DNA of 64,000 nucleotides from Massalongia carnosa (lineage: Eukaryota): positions 1,054,001-1,118,000 of the forward strand of contig OZ287085.1 in assembly GCA_965645245.1 (NCBI GenBank), in the 5' to 3' direction. Both the position numbers and the translations under genes were made by a program. Shown one piece after another: positions 25,077-36,978 of the stretch (its first letter is position 1; each line of letters begins with the position of its first letter). The notes under the pieces are model-generated. The model ran no database searches and was not told the DNA's origin. It saw only the letters and a program-made list of their open reading frames with translations.

Positions 25077-27860
25077 ATGGCGCGGATTATAGATGACACT
25101 GCTCACGCAGTAGTGGAAAATAATTCTTCATACGGCCCCGCACGCTCAACAGTCACAGGCGAGCCCCTCGGCAAAGATGAGGTTCGTCGGATGGACGCCT
25201 ACTTCTCAGCCAGCCTCTATTTATGTCTCCGCTTGCTTTATCTACGCCAGAATCCTTTCTTGAAGGAGCCTCTGGAGTTCAACATCTCAAAGTGTTAGAT
25301 GAGACAGCCATCCTATGTGCCGTGCCAGACGGCAACATAACGGCTTGGGAATAACGTCTCAAGTGATCCGCACACGGCTAGTTAATGAGGTGGTACGGCA
25401 GGGAGATTCAAGGCAAACCTGCCCTGCCGCTGTGCCTGCTCTCTATCTTATTCATCTCTCATCTATCTAGCTATATAAACATAGTAGATAGCCACCTATA
25501 TAGAACAATCAATCCTTCCCACACATACTATTACCTACCTATTTAACTCAACACAAAGCTCGTTGACTTGGACACTAGGGCTCAGATGCAGGTCAAGCTC
25601 TCACATGGATTCCTATGAATCGATTGATCAAGCAATATGACTTGAACGCCCTTTTCATGTCTGGATCTGGACATGGCGCTTCTACTGTGCTCTCTCAGGC
25701 CTATCTCGAGGGACTTACTCGGAGGTCTATCCTGATATCACCGAGGATGTAGAGGGCATGAGGAAGTTCTTCAAGCAGCTCTCCTTCCCAGGCGGAGTTG
25801 ATATCAATGCTACTCCTGAGACTCCAGCAAGTGTGCATGAAGGCGAGGAGCTCGGTTACTCGATTTTTCATGCTTTTAGAACTGTGTTCGACAATCCTAA
25901 TACTATAACGTTGACGATGGTTGAGGATGTTGAAGCGGAGACGAGTTCTCTAGTCATCAGTTGGCACAACATTAAGTATCTCAACTTCATCAACGATAAT
26001 GCAGCTCTTTCTGTGTTGCATCCCAATGAATAAGACTGTGTTGCATCTCAATGAATAAGATCTATAACTCATCGAACTTGTCAAGGATAAGCCACAAGGA
26101 GTTGGAATGCCTCTTCATCGGCTATGAGTGAACATCATACTTCGTTGAAGGAAGTGATCATGAGATCATGCATCAAGCAATGGCAGCTATCATGAAGCGT
26201 TGCGTCCTCGAGATCCGCAATCATCAAGATCAGGCTCGCATCTCAGGTAAAGCCTTCCGTTCACACTGACCTATGATCATTCTCAGCAGCCCGAAGGGAT
26301 GGACCGCACCACGACAAGTTGATGATCACTACCTCGAGGGCTTCTAGCGAGCTCATCAGATTTCAATTATCAATGTGGATACCCATTAAAAGCACCTCGC
26401 TGTACTAGAATAATGGATGCGCAGCTACAAGCCGGAAGAAGTCTTCGATGAAGAGGCACGGCTGATTCCTGAACTGAAGCAACTTGCATCAAGCGGCATT
26501 CATCGTAAGAGTGCGAATTCTGTCGGCAGTGGTGGTGTACTGCGAAAGACGTTAGTTAGGTATGCCAGACGTTCGAGGGTGCAAACTCGATCAAATTGTG
26601 CCTGGAGTTACAGATGACCCAAGCTTGTTCAATATGACAATCTTCTTGCGAGAACTCCTCGCAGCAAATATGCAGAATCTGCGCATATTCGGCCCGGACG
26701 AGACGGAATGAAACCAGCTCGGAGGGGTGTACAAAGTGTCTAGGAAGGTTTGAATAGGCGATTATATGGACGAGGATGCAGATGGTGGAAATCTAGTCTT
26801 CAGCGGTCGTATCATAAAAAAGCTCAGCGAGCATACAGTTGAAGGATGGCTAGAAGGCTACATCCTGTCAGGCCGCCACGGTCTCCTTCAGATTTACGAG
26901 TCCTTCGTCCACCTCGTTGACTCTATGATCAACCAACATTGCAAATGACTCGAAAAATGCAACGAAGTCGAATGACAAGCCAAGGTTTCCTTCCTCAACA
27001 TCCTCATAACCGTCACAGTTTGGCGACAGGACCACAACAGCTTTACACATCAAGTTCCTATTTTTCTCAACGTTGTAGCGAACAAGAGTCCGGAAGTCGT
27101 GCGAACCTACCTTCCACCAGATGGTGACTGTCTCCGCAGTACCAACTACATCAACGTCATCGTAGCAGACAAGCAAAACCACCTACCATACCTCTCCATG
27201 GATGACGCCTTCGCACATTGCACAAAAGGCATTGGAATATAGGACCAGACATTCAGTGATCAAGGCTACTCTCCAGATGTCGTAATGGCAGGATGTGGCG
27301 ACGTTTCAACAGTTGAAGCCCTCGCAGCAACGGCTCTACTCCGCGAGCATCTCCCAGATCTCAAAATACGATTTGTCAATGTGGTCGATCTTTTCAAGCT
27401 CATATACCCAGAACAACATTCCCAGGGCTTTAGCGATGTGCAGTACTCCTCTATCTTCGCATCCGACAAGCCTGTGATCTTCAATTGTCATTCCTACCAT
27501 TGGATGATTCACCGCTTGACATACAAGCGTCCTGGCGCGGGAGCCAACCTACATGTTCATGGGTAGAGGGAGAAAGGAAACCATGACACTCCGCTGAAGC
27601 TGGCTATTCGCAATGGGACCGATAGGTATGGTCTTGGTATCGAGGTCATTGATCGCATGTTACATATTCAGAGTATGACGGGGAGTGTGAGAGATCGATT
27701 CGTGAACGAGCAGATCAAGGTTCGGAATCAGGCGTTGGAGGAAAGGATTGATTCGGAGAGTGTGAGGAAGTGGTCTTGGTCGTTTGCAAAGAGGGAGGAA
27801 GGTTTGAGGAACGTGATTGAGGCGGTGAAACATTTAGGAGTCAGCAGTGGAGGTAAGTAG
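25077..27860 (+). pseudogene. xfp: Phosphoketolase pseudogene, copy C, interrupted by a solo LTR
   Basis: Collinear with copy B apart from the insertion at 25293-25553. Confidence 0.9.
25293..25553. mobile_element. Solo LTR (261 bp)
   Basis: TGTT...AACA ends, a 5-bp TSD CAAAG on both sides, an internal TATATAAA, and absent from copies A and B. Confidence 0.9.
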
Positions 27861-28714
27861 CGAAGCATTTAATCTGAAAATCGAAATCTGACTTGCTGAT
27901 TCAGCCTGAATTGACTTCTATCAGTTAATATGAATGTATATGGTGTGATCTATGCGAAATGAATTGCATGAAAAAGATTTCAAGCGCTAATAGAATAACA
28001 TCATGACTCGCATGAGTGATGATAATGATGATTACGACGAAATGAGACAATGATCTGCTGAACAAGCTATGTACGAGAAGATTAGACAAGACTTCATCTC
28101 CACTTTAAGCCTAATATGAATCAACACCTTAACTTGTGAACGTGTCTGCCGTACAGCAGTATTCACGATCACAGTCATATGCATAAATCCATTAACTTGG
28201 GCGTATTCCATACTCGAGTGCTGATACGCAATCCGATTTCTTTGAAGATATATACTTTCCGCCCCATGACGTTCTGTTCACTTGCGATAGAGTACATAAA
28301 TCATCCCCAATCCTATCACAAGCGAGAGTCAGGTTATCAAGCCTCAAAATGCAGTAGATTCTGAACTGCTACAACGGATGAATTCATAATACTGGTTTCA
28401 ACCAGGAGCAAGAGCGATGCTTTTCATCGAAGTTGCCAAAACATGTGCAAGAAAATCATAACTCCAAGCATTGTTGAGAAGCAGCATAAATTCCGCCTAT
28501 CATGCAAAATGCGTCTAGCCTGACTAGTCAAATGCGGCTCGAGATACAGCAACAGCACATCAAGTTCTGAACATTCAGCGGTTCGTTTCCGAAATGCTGC
28601 TTTCGAGCTGAAAGATGCAGTCGTGAACTATGCCGGGTAGAAGAAGATAATCAATTTCGACTATGATTTCACTCGCTATGGCGGGCTTTATCATGATATC
28701 AAGACCAGCGGGTC

Positions 28715-28993
28715 ATGAATGACAACAGGCGTGCAGCGTTCAATAGACACGAATTAATCCTGAGCATGATCATGGGTGCTAAATTGGTAGAGCTGGAGGC
28801 ACAAGCTCAGCACGGGCGGACAGCGTTAATATGGGCAGCGGAACTAGACCACGAGAAGGTGGCGGAGATGTTGCTGGACAAGGTCGCGGAGACGAAAGTT
28901 CGAGGGAGAAGGTTTGACGACTGCCTGCTATTTGGAACAGTTCGAGCACACCGCTTAGGCCTTTCTGCTCCTGCGGGCGAGTTCAAAACCTAG
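28715..28993 (+). pseudogene. Ankyrin remnant, copy C
   Basis: GRTALIWAAELDHEKVAEMLLDK. Confidence 0.6.
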
Positions 28994-29159
28994 GGGTAGT
29001 CGCGTGCGTCAGCGAGCTCGATCGTTCTGTCACTCATGTTCTGAGCTTTCAGCTTTGGAGAAAAAAAAAAGTAGCATTCTTACGCTGCTTTGTTCACCAA
29101 ACGCCCAAAAAGTTAAGTTTTAAGGATAATAGGATTTAGTTCTGATTTTATGAATCGCT

Positions 29160-32133
29160 TTAAGATTCCACTGTTAAACTCTCCTTCTGCCACTTATTGA
29201 GAACCTTAAGCGAAGACTCTGTATGAGGATGTTGAGGACCCAATTTTTGTTTTTGTAGTTGAAAACATTCCTTTAGCAGTGAGAGAGCTTCATCATTGCG
29301 GCCTTGAGACTTCCACGTGAATGCAAGGTTGTTCATGCAGGTCAGCGTGGAAGGATGCTCCGTCCCTAGCACCCTCTTTCTCGTCTCCATCACTTGCACC
29401 TCCAGCTCTTCGGCCTCCGTCCATCGTCCTTGATTCCAATACGTCGACGCAAGGCTGCTCATGCTGGTCAGCGTGGAAGGATGCTCCGTCCCTAGCACCC
29501 TCTTTCTCGTCTCCATCACTTGCACCCCCAGCTCTTCGGCCTCCGTCCATCGTCCTTGATTCGAATACGTCAACGCAAGGTTGCCCATGCTCATCAGCGT
29601 GTCTGGATGCTCCGTCCCTAGCACCCTCTTTCTCGTCTCCATCACTTGCACCCCCAGCTCTTCGGCCTCCGTCCATCGTCCTTGATTCGAATACGTCAAC
29701 GCAAGGTTGCCCATGCTCATCAGCGTGTCTGGATGCTCCGTCCCTAGCACCCTCTTTCTCGTCTCCATCACTTGCATCTCCAGCTCTTCGGCCTCCGTCC
29801 ATCGTCCTTGATTCGAATACGTCGACGCAAGGTTGCCCATGCTGATCAGCGTGTGTGGATGCTCCGTCCCTAGCACCCTCTTTCTCGTCTCCATCACTTG
29901 CACCCCCAGCTCTTCGGCCTCCGTCCATCGTCCTTGATTCGAATACGTCAACGCAAGGTTGCCCATGCTCATCAGCGTGTCTGGATGCTCCGTCCCTAGC
30001 ACCCTCTTTCTCGTCTCCATCACTTGCATCTCCAGCTCTTCGGCCTCCGTCCATCGTCCTTGATTCGAATACGTCAACGCAAGGTTGCCCATGCTAGACA
30101 GTGTGTCTGAATGCTCCGTCCCTAGTACCCTCTTTCTCGTCTCCATCACTTGCACCCCCAGCTCTTGGGCCTCCGTCCATCGTCCTTGATTGCAATACGT
30201 CGACGCAAGGTTGCTCATGCTGCTCAGCGTGTCTGGATGCTCCGTCCCTAGCACCCTCGCACTCGTCTCCATCACTTGCACCTGCAGCTTTTCTGCCTTC
30301 TTTCGTCGCCCTCCATCGCTGTATGCCATGGCTAGCATAGCCATACTCTCCAATGTCTTTTCATCCTCTAGACCTAGCAATTTTTGCCTGGTTCTTGTTG
30401 CTTTTAAGGCCATTGTCGCTGCTTCAACGTAACTCCCTTTCGCCCACGCATACCACGCAGCATGATATAGTATCAAGGCCCAATCTTGTAATGAGCTTTC
30501 GACAGCTGGCTGCTGCGCTACTGCCGACTTTGCGTGAGGAAAAAGCGCTTGACACTTTGTCCAATTCTCGTAATCTCCCGTCGGAAATACTGTACTGAGA
30601 TTCTTGATGAACTGCTGCTTCCATCTTTCAAGCTGATTGGATGCTTCTAGCCACTTTCTGATGGCTAGCTGCACTAGCCCGTGCATCTCAAAGGTGGTTT
30701 CATTCATGCTGATGGTGATGAACGAATAGTTTCTCAAGATAAGTATGTTGGCTTCAAACTCGTCGACGCTGGAATCGGATACGGTATCCTCATCGCTATC
30801 GTCTTCGTGGTCATCATCTTCGTCATCTCCAGCATTTTCTCCCGTATTTTCATTTCCTGCCTCATTTTGTGTCTTGAGTAAAGCCTCCGGAATTCCCTGT
30901 CGATCGAAAAAGCTCATAAGCGACAGTAGATTAGCCGCCGAAGGCTTGATCTGATGAATATGATCAAATGAAATTTGCCAGGTTATAATAATTGAGTTTT
31001 TAGCCTCCAAGTCCCTTCGAAGATGTCCCCCTTCGTGATTCAAGAGACTTGCTTTTCTTTTATCATTCTTATGGAACTCATCTACATACTGCCGTACTGA
31101 ATATCTTGGTACTCTTTGACGAATGTATGCAGCCGCTTGAACAATGGCAAGCGGCATAAATTCAAGTGCTATTGCTAGCTCAGAAGTATCTTCTCTATCG
31201 ATCTCTTCTTCCAGCTTCTTTTCAAGGAGCGTTAGCGCATGAGTATGATTCATCGGCTCAATCGATATTATGTCACTTTCTTCCGCTAGCTGCAATGCCA
31301 CACTTTTAGCCCGGGTGGTGACGAGAATCGAGCCGTTTCGGCTCTGAGGTAGATATGCTAACAGTGATTTCGTGTGCTCGCCGCTAGACCCGCTGGCCTG
31401 CGCCTTCTGGCCCGTGACAAGAGTTTCGAACAGCACAGTAGCTTCGTCGGCATTGTCGAGGACCAGAGCCCACTTTCCGTTCTTCTCGTCGCGTAACCAC
31501 TTTTCAACTAGCCGGAATATGTCCACCTTTCGATCCTCCCGGCCAGGAATCTTGACTTGCTCTGCAATCTCTCTATAACCTTGCTCGATACGGGCTGCGT
31601 TGCTGGCATGTATCCAGAAAACCCACGTCGCCGGCAACTGCTCTCTGATTTGATAGCAGTATTCGATGGCAAGCTGCGACTTTCTTTGCGAAAGTAAGCT
31701 ATTAGAACTAGCCTGAGGCCCTTTGGCTTACCCAACGCCGCCTAGGCCGACAAGCGCTACCCTTGACGCTGGCGCGGAGCACTTTTCGTGGATCTGATCA
31801 AGTAGCTTTCCGCGATCGACGAAATCAGGGTCGCGGCGGAAAGGAACAGTAGATGATGGGCTTGGTGGGGTATCGGGTCTTTCTACAAACGCAGAATGCT
31901 ATCAGCCTTGGCTCACTATATCATTGCGAATGCCGACTTGCCTGGATATTGAACAATATTGTTTATCTGAGAGCCTAATCAGGATTTAGCTTAAGATCAA
32001 TATCGATGTGAACAGGACCCAGACCAATCACTTTTGCATGGCCTGAGACGTCACCGACCACAGCGCCTTGGTTGCCAGAAATGGTGCCAAAATCCTTCAC
32101 GCCTGTAGAGACTGCTAGCGTGTTACCGACCAT
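29160..32133 (-). CDS. Fungal NLR (motif - NB-ARC - TPR), copy C, ~938 aa, 8 TPR units
   Basis: MVGNTLAVSTGVKDFGTISGNQGAVVGDVSGHAKVIG|SQINNIVQYPE|RPDTPP...GLGGVG|KS, same introns as A, open frame. It is 84 aa (two repeats) shorter than A and B. Confidence 0.92.
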
Positions 32134-32476
32134 TGCTGCGTCAGAAGATTGTAGACATTAGAGATTGTAGATATTAGAGCTCGGAGCTATATTGAATAAG
32201 ACTGAAAACCATTATCTTTACCGTGCTCAGGACCGCACCTAGGCTCGGTCGGAAAGTCGACGCCCAAGACTTTCCAGAAGCACTGTTCATCTCTAAGTAT
32301 AAATATAGGCACGGACTCGCCGATGGAGGGCCCCCCGCTATCATGCGGGATAGATGGCTGATAGAGCCAAGGCTATGCACGTGCTCCATGCAGGCGGTAT
32401 CACGATTATCTCGCATAAGTTATAGTGCTAAATTTGAAGCACGACTCCTCTGTAGTATTGCGATGACAACGCAAGC

Positions 32477-33697
32477 ATGGCCGAACCGTACGGATTTGGC
32501 GACCCCCTCTATGATTCTCCAGAGGCGAATATAGAGTACGCACCAGATGTCATTTCTCGTCCGGGTTGCTTTGTACTGATCAAACAGTATTGTCTTCGTC
32601 CACGGGCTCGGCGGCGATAGAGTGAAAACGTGGACATGGGAAGGTCGAGATAGATCGCTGTTGTGGTCGCAAGATCTCTTACCTCAAGCCTGCCCAACAG
32701 CTCGTATCCTTTCTTTTGGGTACAATGCGGATTTTGCTCATTTCTATCCGTTTGTTGGACCGAAATTCATCCCGGAGCATTTGACTATTGATGATCACGC
32801 GACTGCAATGTTCTAGAGCCTAATCGGTCTCCGCGAGAAAACCAAAATTGTAGGAATCGGCGCACCCCTACCCTTTCCACCAGAAATATGCTAATAAAAT
32901 GTCTATGTCTAGGCTGAACGGCCGATTATTTTCGTCTCGCACAGCCTAAGGGGCCTCGTGTGCGCCAACGCATTGTCAAGGTACAAAGGTACCGACATGG
33001 CTAGCACTACTCTCGTAGAGAGAACGATTGGAGTCGTCTTCCTTGGAACGCCCTTTGAAGGATCGTCAAAAGCAAAATGGGGAAGCAAGGCTCTACAGAT
33101 ACTGGGCTGGATAAGCACCACGCATAAGCAGGATATAAAGGATCTTGAAGAGCGTTCGGCAAAGCTCATCAGCGTTAACGAAGCCTTTCAGAAATTCCTG
33201 AAAGCGCGGGATCGTTCAGAATCAAGAGAGTTTGTGGAAGTAGCTTGCTTCTTTGAACAGTATGCTATGTACAAGGGAGGGACGAAGATGGGGTTTATCG
33301 TGCCCAAGGAATCGGCTCGCCTGCCTGGTATCGATCCACAGTCAATCCAGGCGAATCATGTTGATATGTGCAAGTTTGAGGATGAAGATCGAGAGGGATA
33401 CAAGAGAATTTCACAAAAGTTGGTTCAATGGATATCGGATCTTGATAGTCGATCCAAGGGATCTGAAGAGGATCGCCAGGTCTGACATCTCTTTCGCGCG
33501 CTTGGAATCAGCTGAAACCCAACAGAAACACTCGTATGGGCGATGTTAACTTTAGGGACAAAATCGATAACAATCGAGGTGTGATTATGGGTAATGCAAA
33601 CAGTACTGCCACAGACGGGGTTAGGATAACTGGAAGTAATATCACTGTAAGAATCACCTATCCCCTCGATAGCGATGTACAAGCTGATAGAACATAA
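32477..33697 (+). pseudogene. SesB-like alpha/beta-hydrolase with C-terminal candidate amyloid motif, copy C (disrupted)
   Basis: The N-terminus is intact (IVFVHGLGGDRVKTW...DLLPQACPTARILSFGYNADF). CAG>TAG at 32814-32816, and a 5-nt deletion at the start of the last exon shifts the motif (MGDVNFRDKIDNNRGVIMGNANSTATDGVRITGSNITVRITYP) out of frame. Confidence 0.85.
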
Positions 33698-33959
33698 AGA
33701 ATACTTATCATGGCATTAACCCAAAAGACTCTGTGTAGACCGAGGGATAGGAAATTACGGAACTACTAGTCAACATTGCGGAGTTATTCTAGGACATTAT
33801 TCAGGAACACAAAATTATCAACTGACATTTTGACGTCTTTCAAAACAATGTTTTTCTTGTGCAGTCACCAGCTTCGAGTGGAGGTTGACTCCTTGTGAGA
33901 GGTGAAGAGCTCGCATGACAAGAGTTACAGGCTTCAATAATGCCGCAGCTAGAGGGGGT

Positions 33960-35948
33960 CAAGTAGTATTTTCTTTGAATTAATTTCACTGTCCGCCTAA
34001 TTCCAAAGTGACGCGCAATGGAGTCGTCATGATTCTGTCGCAGTAGCGCTTCTCTCAATATGCCTGAAGATACGTATCATTTATTGTCTCTGCATAAAAG
34101 GCCGTCTTCTATGTGTCAAAGGTTTTCTTTGTTCTTATTATCTCCCCGCGATTCTTCTTCGAATGTCAGGATATTGACCTGCGAGTGACTTTGAACATAT
34201 TTGTTGATCTTCAGCGTTTCATACAAGCTCTTTCTCTTGTGTTGCTCCCACCGTGCCGACGAGACGACAAGAGGCCGTCTTTGCTGCGCGAGTTGATCAG
34301 ACTCTTGCAGTGTCAGAAGAGCGATGCGTAACTCGAGCGGTGAAGCAGTAAAGGCTGAGTCTTTCTCTGAAACTTTCATTGATTGTTATAGAGAAATTTG
34401 AGACTTCTCCTTCACGAATTGAAACTCTGTAGGCTTCGAATCGGCCTTTCCTTCGTTTAGTTTAGATGAAGACTTTTTCTTCTTTTTAATTCTTCTTACT
34501 GCTTCAAGAATCTCGAGAGTTTCATTCTCAGTTCCTTCAGTAGTCAGCAAGAAACGCGCGCTTGAATCATTTTCGATCTCATCAACGAAAGAGTTCTATG
34601 ACTCATCATCAGTTCCGTTAACAGATTCAAGTTCTATGAATTCATGCACAATTGTGCTATCAACAGTGGGCTCCCATTGTGACGGTTCGACCATGCGTGG
34701 TGCCGACGGCAGCACCTACAGCGAACATAACAGGAGTCCCAATTATAGTAGAATAAAACTTGGTCTGCGGACTAAGTGTTGTGCCTTTTGGTCGGGAGGA
34801 CAGGTGGCGCAATGGTAGAAAGCTATTCACTATTTCGCTTCGTCACACCCATTTCATAACATTTCTCCTAAAAGCAGTTACAGGAATGTCGATTATCGAC
34901 GAAATAACTCACTTCTTCGTCTCGAACTTTTCTTCGAGTTTCTCTGTCCCTTGTCGAACGCCCAGTGACCTTCCTGCTTCTCTGGAAACTACTGCACCGA
35001 CTTGATGGGACAAGTTGGGTTCATTTTCAGCATAGTCTGGACGCCTTGAGGGCCCGTCCGCAGGATTATAGCGCCCTGGTCGGTATTCAATTACCAGGTT
35101 GAGACTAGAGATTCTCTTCCACCATCTCGCTTCTCTTCGCGATAAACTCTTAGTGGTGAGAAACGTACGAAGGTTGCAGTGATTAGTGATCACACGAATG
35201 GGATGCATTGCCCCTTCAAGATAGTGTCGCCATTGCTTGCATGCTTCGACGATCGCTAACATCTCAGTTTCGCCCACTTCATATTCTAATTAAGTTCAGC
35301 TGGGGCCATTTTCCTTGACCAAAAGGCGATAGGATGCCAGCGTCCGGTTTCCTCGACTAATTGTGATATAATTGCAGAAATCGCGACTCCTGAGGCGTCC
35401 GTTTCTAATTGGATTTTCCTCTTCTGGTCGAAGTGCAATAGCATGAGAGCAGTCGTGAAAACAAATTTCACTTTTTCGAAGGATTCCTTGGCTTCCTTTG
35501 TGAACGTAAATTGGCCGTCGAATTTACCTCTTATCCCTCCTTTGAGTAGGATAGTAAGGGCAATTACTATCCGCGAAAATCCGTCTATAAATCGTCTATA
35601 GAAGTTCGCAAAACCCAAGAAAACTTGTACGTCTCTATGATTTTTGAATTCTGGCAAGTTTATTATCGTCGTTATGCGAGAGGAGTTCATTCTTATGCTC
35701 GTTGGAGTCAAAATAAATCCTAAGAATTCAATCTCGAACTTATCGAAAAGGCATTTGAAGGGTTTGACATGCAGATTATATTTCCGAAGCTTCTCGAGTA
35801 TCATTCGAACGTGATTCGCATGCTCTTCGGTTTTTTTTAGAAAACATCAAAATATCGTCCAGATACACTACTACGAATACGTCCAAATATTCCCTTAGAG
35901 CTTCGTGAATATACGCCTGAAACGTGACAGATGCATTCGCTAACTCAA
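33960..35948 (-). mobile_element. Degenerate Gypsy pol remnant (RT end, RNase H, start of integrase), same family as 46283-53032
   Basis: FLGFANFYRRFI, ETDASGVAI, HPIAFWSRK, EMLAIVEACKQWRHYLEG and NPADGPSR, with stops and frameshifts. Confidence 0.92.
34678..34847. mobile_element. Solo LTR (170 bp)
   Basis: TGTGACG...CGTCACA terminal inverted repeats and TSD CCCAT. Absent at the homologous site near 49520. Confidence 0.9.
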
Positions 35949-36978
35949 TGTAATACGGATGGCGCTAGAGGGATACGTGATCGCCTATGGCGGTTGCGGG
36001 ATTAACTAGCGTGGACCATGCCGTAGTACGAAGTCGCATAAGCCATCGAGGCTGACACACTGCCATCTTGCCCCGAAACTTCGGAGTTATTGTTATCACG
36101 TTCTTGACTACTTACAGATCAAACACCTGTCGAGGCCGTGGTGGTAGATTGCCATGGAGTGTAAGGCGGACTCCTGTGGAGACGCCGAGGAACTCTATAT
36201 GGGATCTACTGGCCTACTCGGAGCTACTGGATCTCTTGATGGTTCAAGAGAGGTAGCAGGAGGCACGGCTCGCTGGACGCAGCTTGAGCTAGGCTCCCCG
36301 GTGTAAACTTCAGCTTCAACCTTTATTACTACGTTGGTAGTAATGTCGGCTGAATGAACCTACATGACCTCGTTGTCTAGACCTTGTGTCTAGAGGCAGG
36401 TCCGCAGTGTAGCGAGGTATTCAGTCGGAGGTAACCTTCCATCACTAGGTAGTGGTGACGGCGAAATGAAGCTACATAGCCTGAGGCATGTAGTGAGGGA
36501 TCTAGCCGGGGGTAGAATTGTTCTACCTTGCAAGGGAAGATCTAGAAGGCTGCTCGAGGCTGACTAGATGATCCAGCGAACGCCGAGTTCGTGGATGGAT
36601 CCTGAGGGATGGTTGGATGTAATGCGATAAAGTCGGATGTGGATTGCAAGGCTGTAATGCTCGCAAGACTCCCAAGGCTTACAAGGCTCCTAAGGTTCCA
36701 AGGCTCCCAAGGCTATAGGCTTGGAGTGAGTAGGATAAATATCAGAACGAATCTTGTAGTATTCGTTAGCAATTAGTCTTTATTCTATGAACAACCTACG
36801 TTTGGGTCTCGGACGAGATCTCTTGGTCCAAGCACTTCCACATGCATTAGTTCTTTGGATCACATATACTCTCGGAGACTAGCACATAGTAGCTATCTTC
36901 CTCCTTTCACGCTGAGCATTTCCCCTTTCGAGATCAGTGTCGCTCGTGATAAGCTTACTGGTCTCGTAGCCCATTACA
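35949..36978. mobile_element. 1030-bp LTR, no matching TSD
   Basis: TGTAAT...ATTACA ends and nearly identical to 53586-54615. Flanks are CTCAA and CCTCA. Confidence 0.9.

Larger units (their letters stand above)
24747..34435 (+). repeat. Segmental duplication copy C
   Basis: Direct repeat of copy B. Its right end runs on into a longer Gypsy remnant. Confidence 0.93.

Noticed and set aside
33480..33525. Alternative acceptor at 33511 that would restore the motif frame in hydrolase C
   Set aside because: It needs a 32-nt intron, which is implausibly short, and the gene already has an upstream stop.
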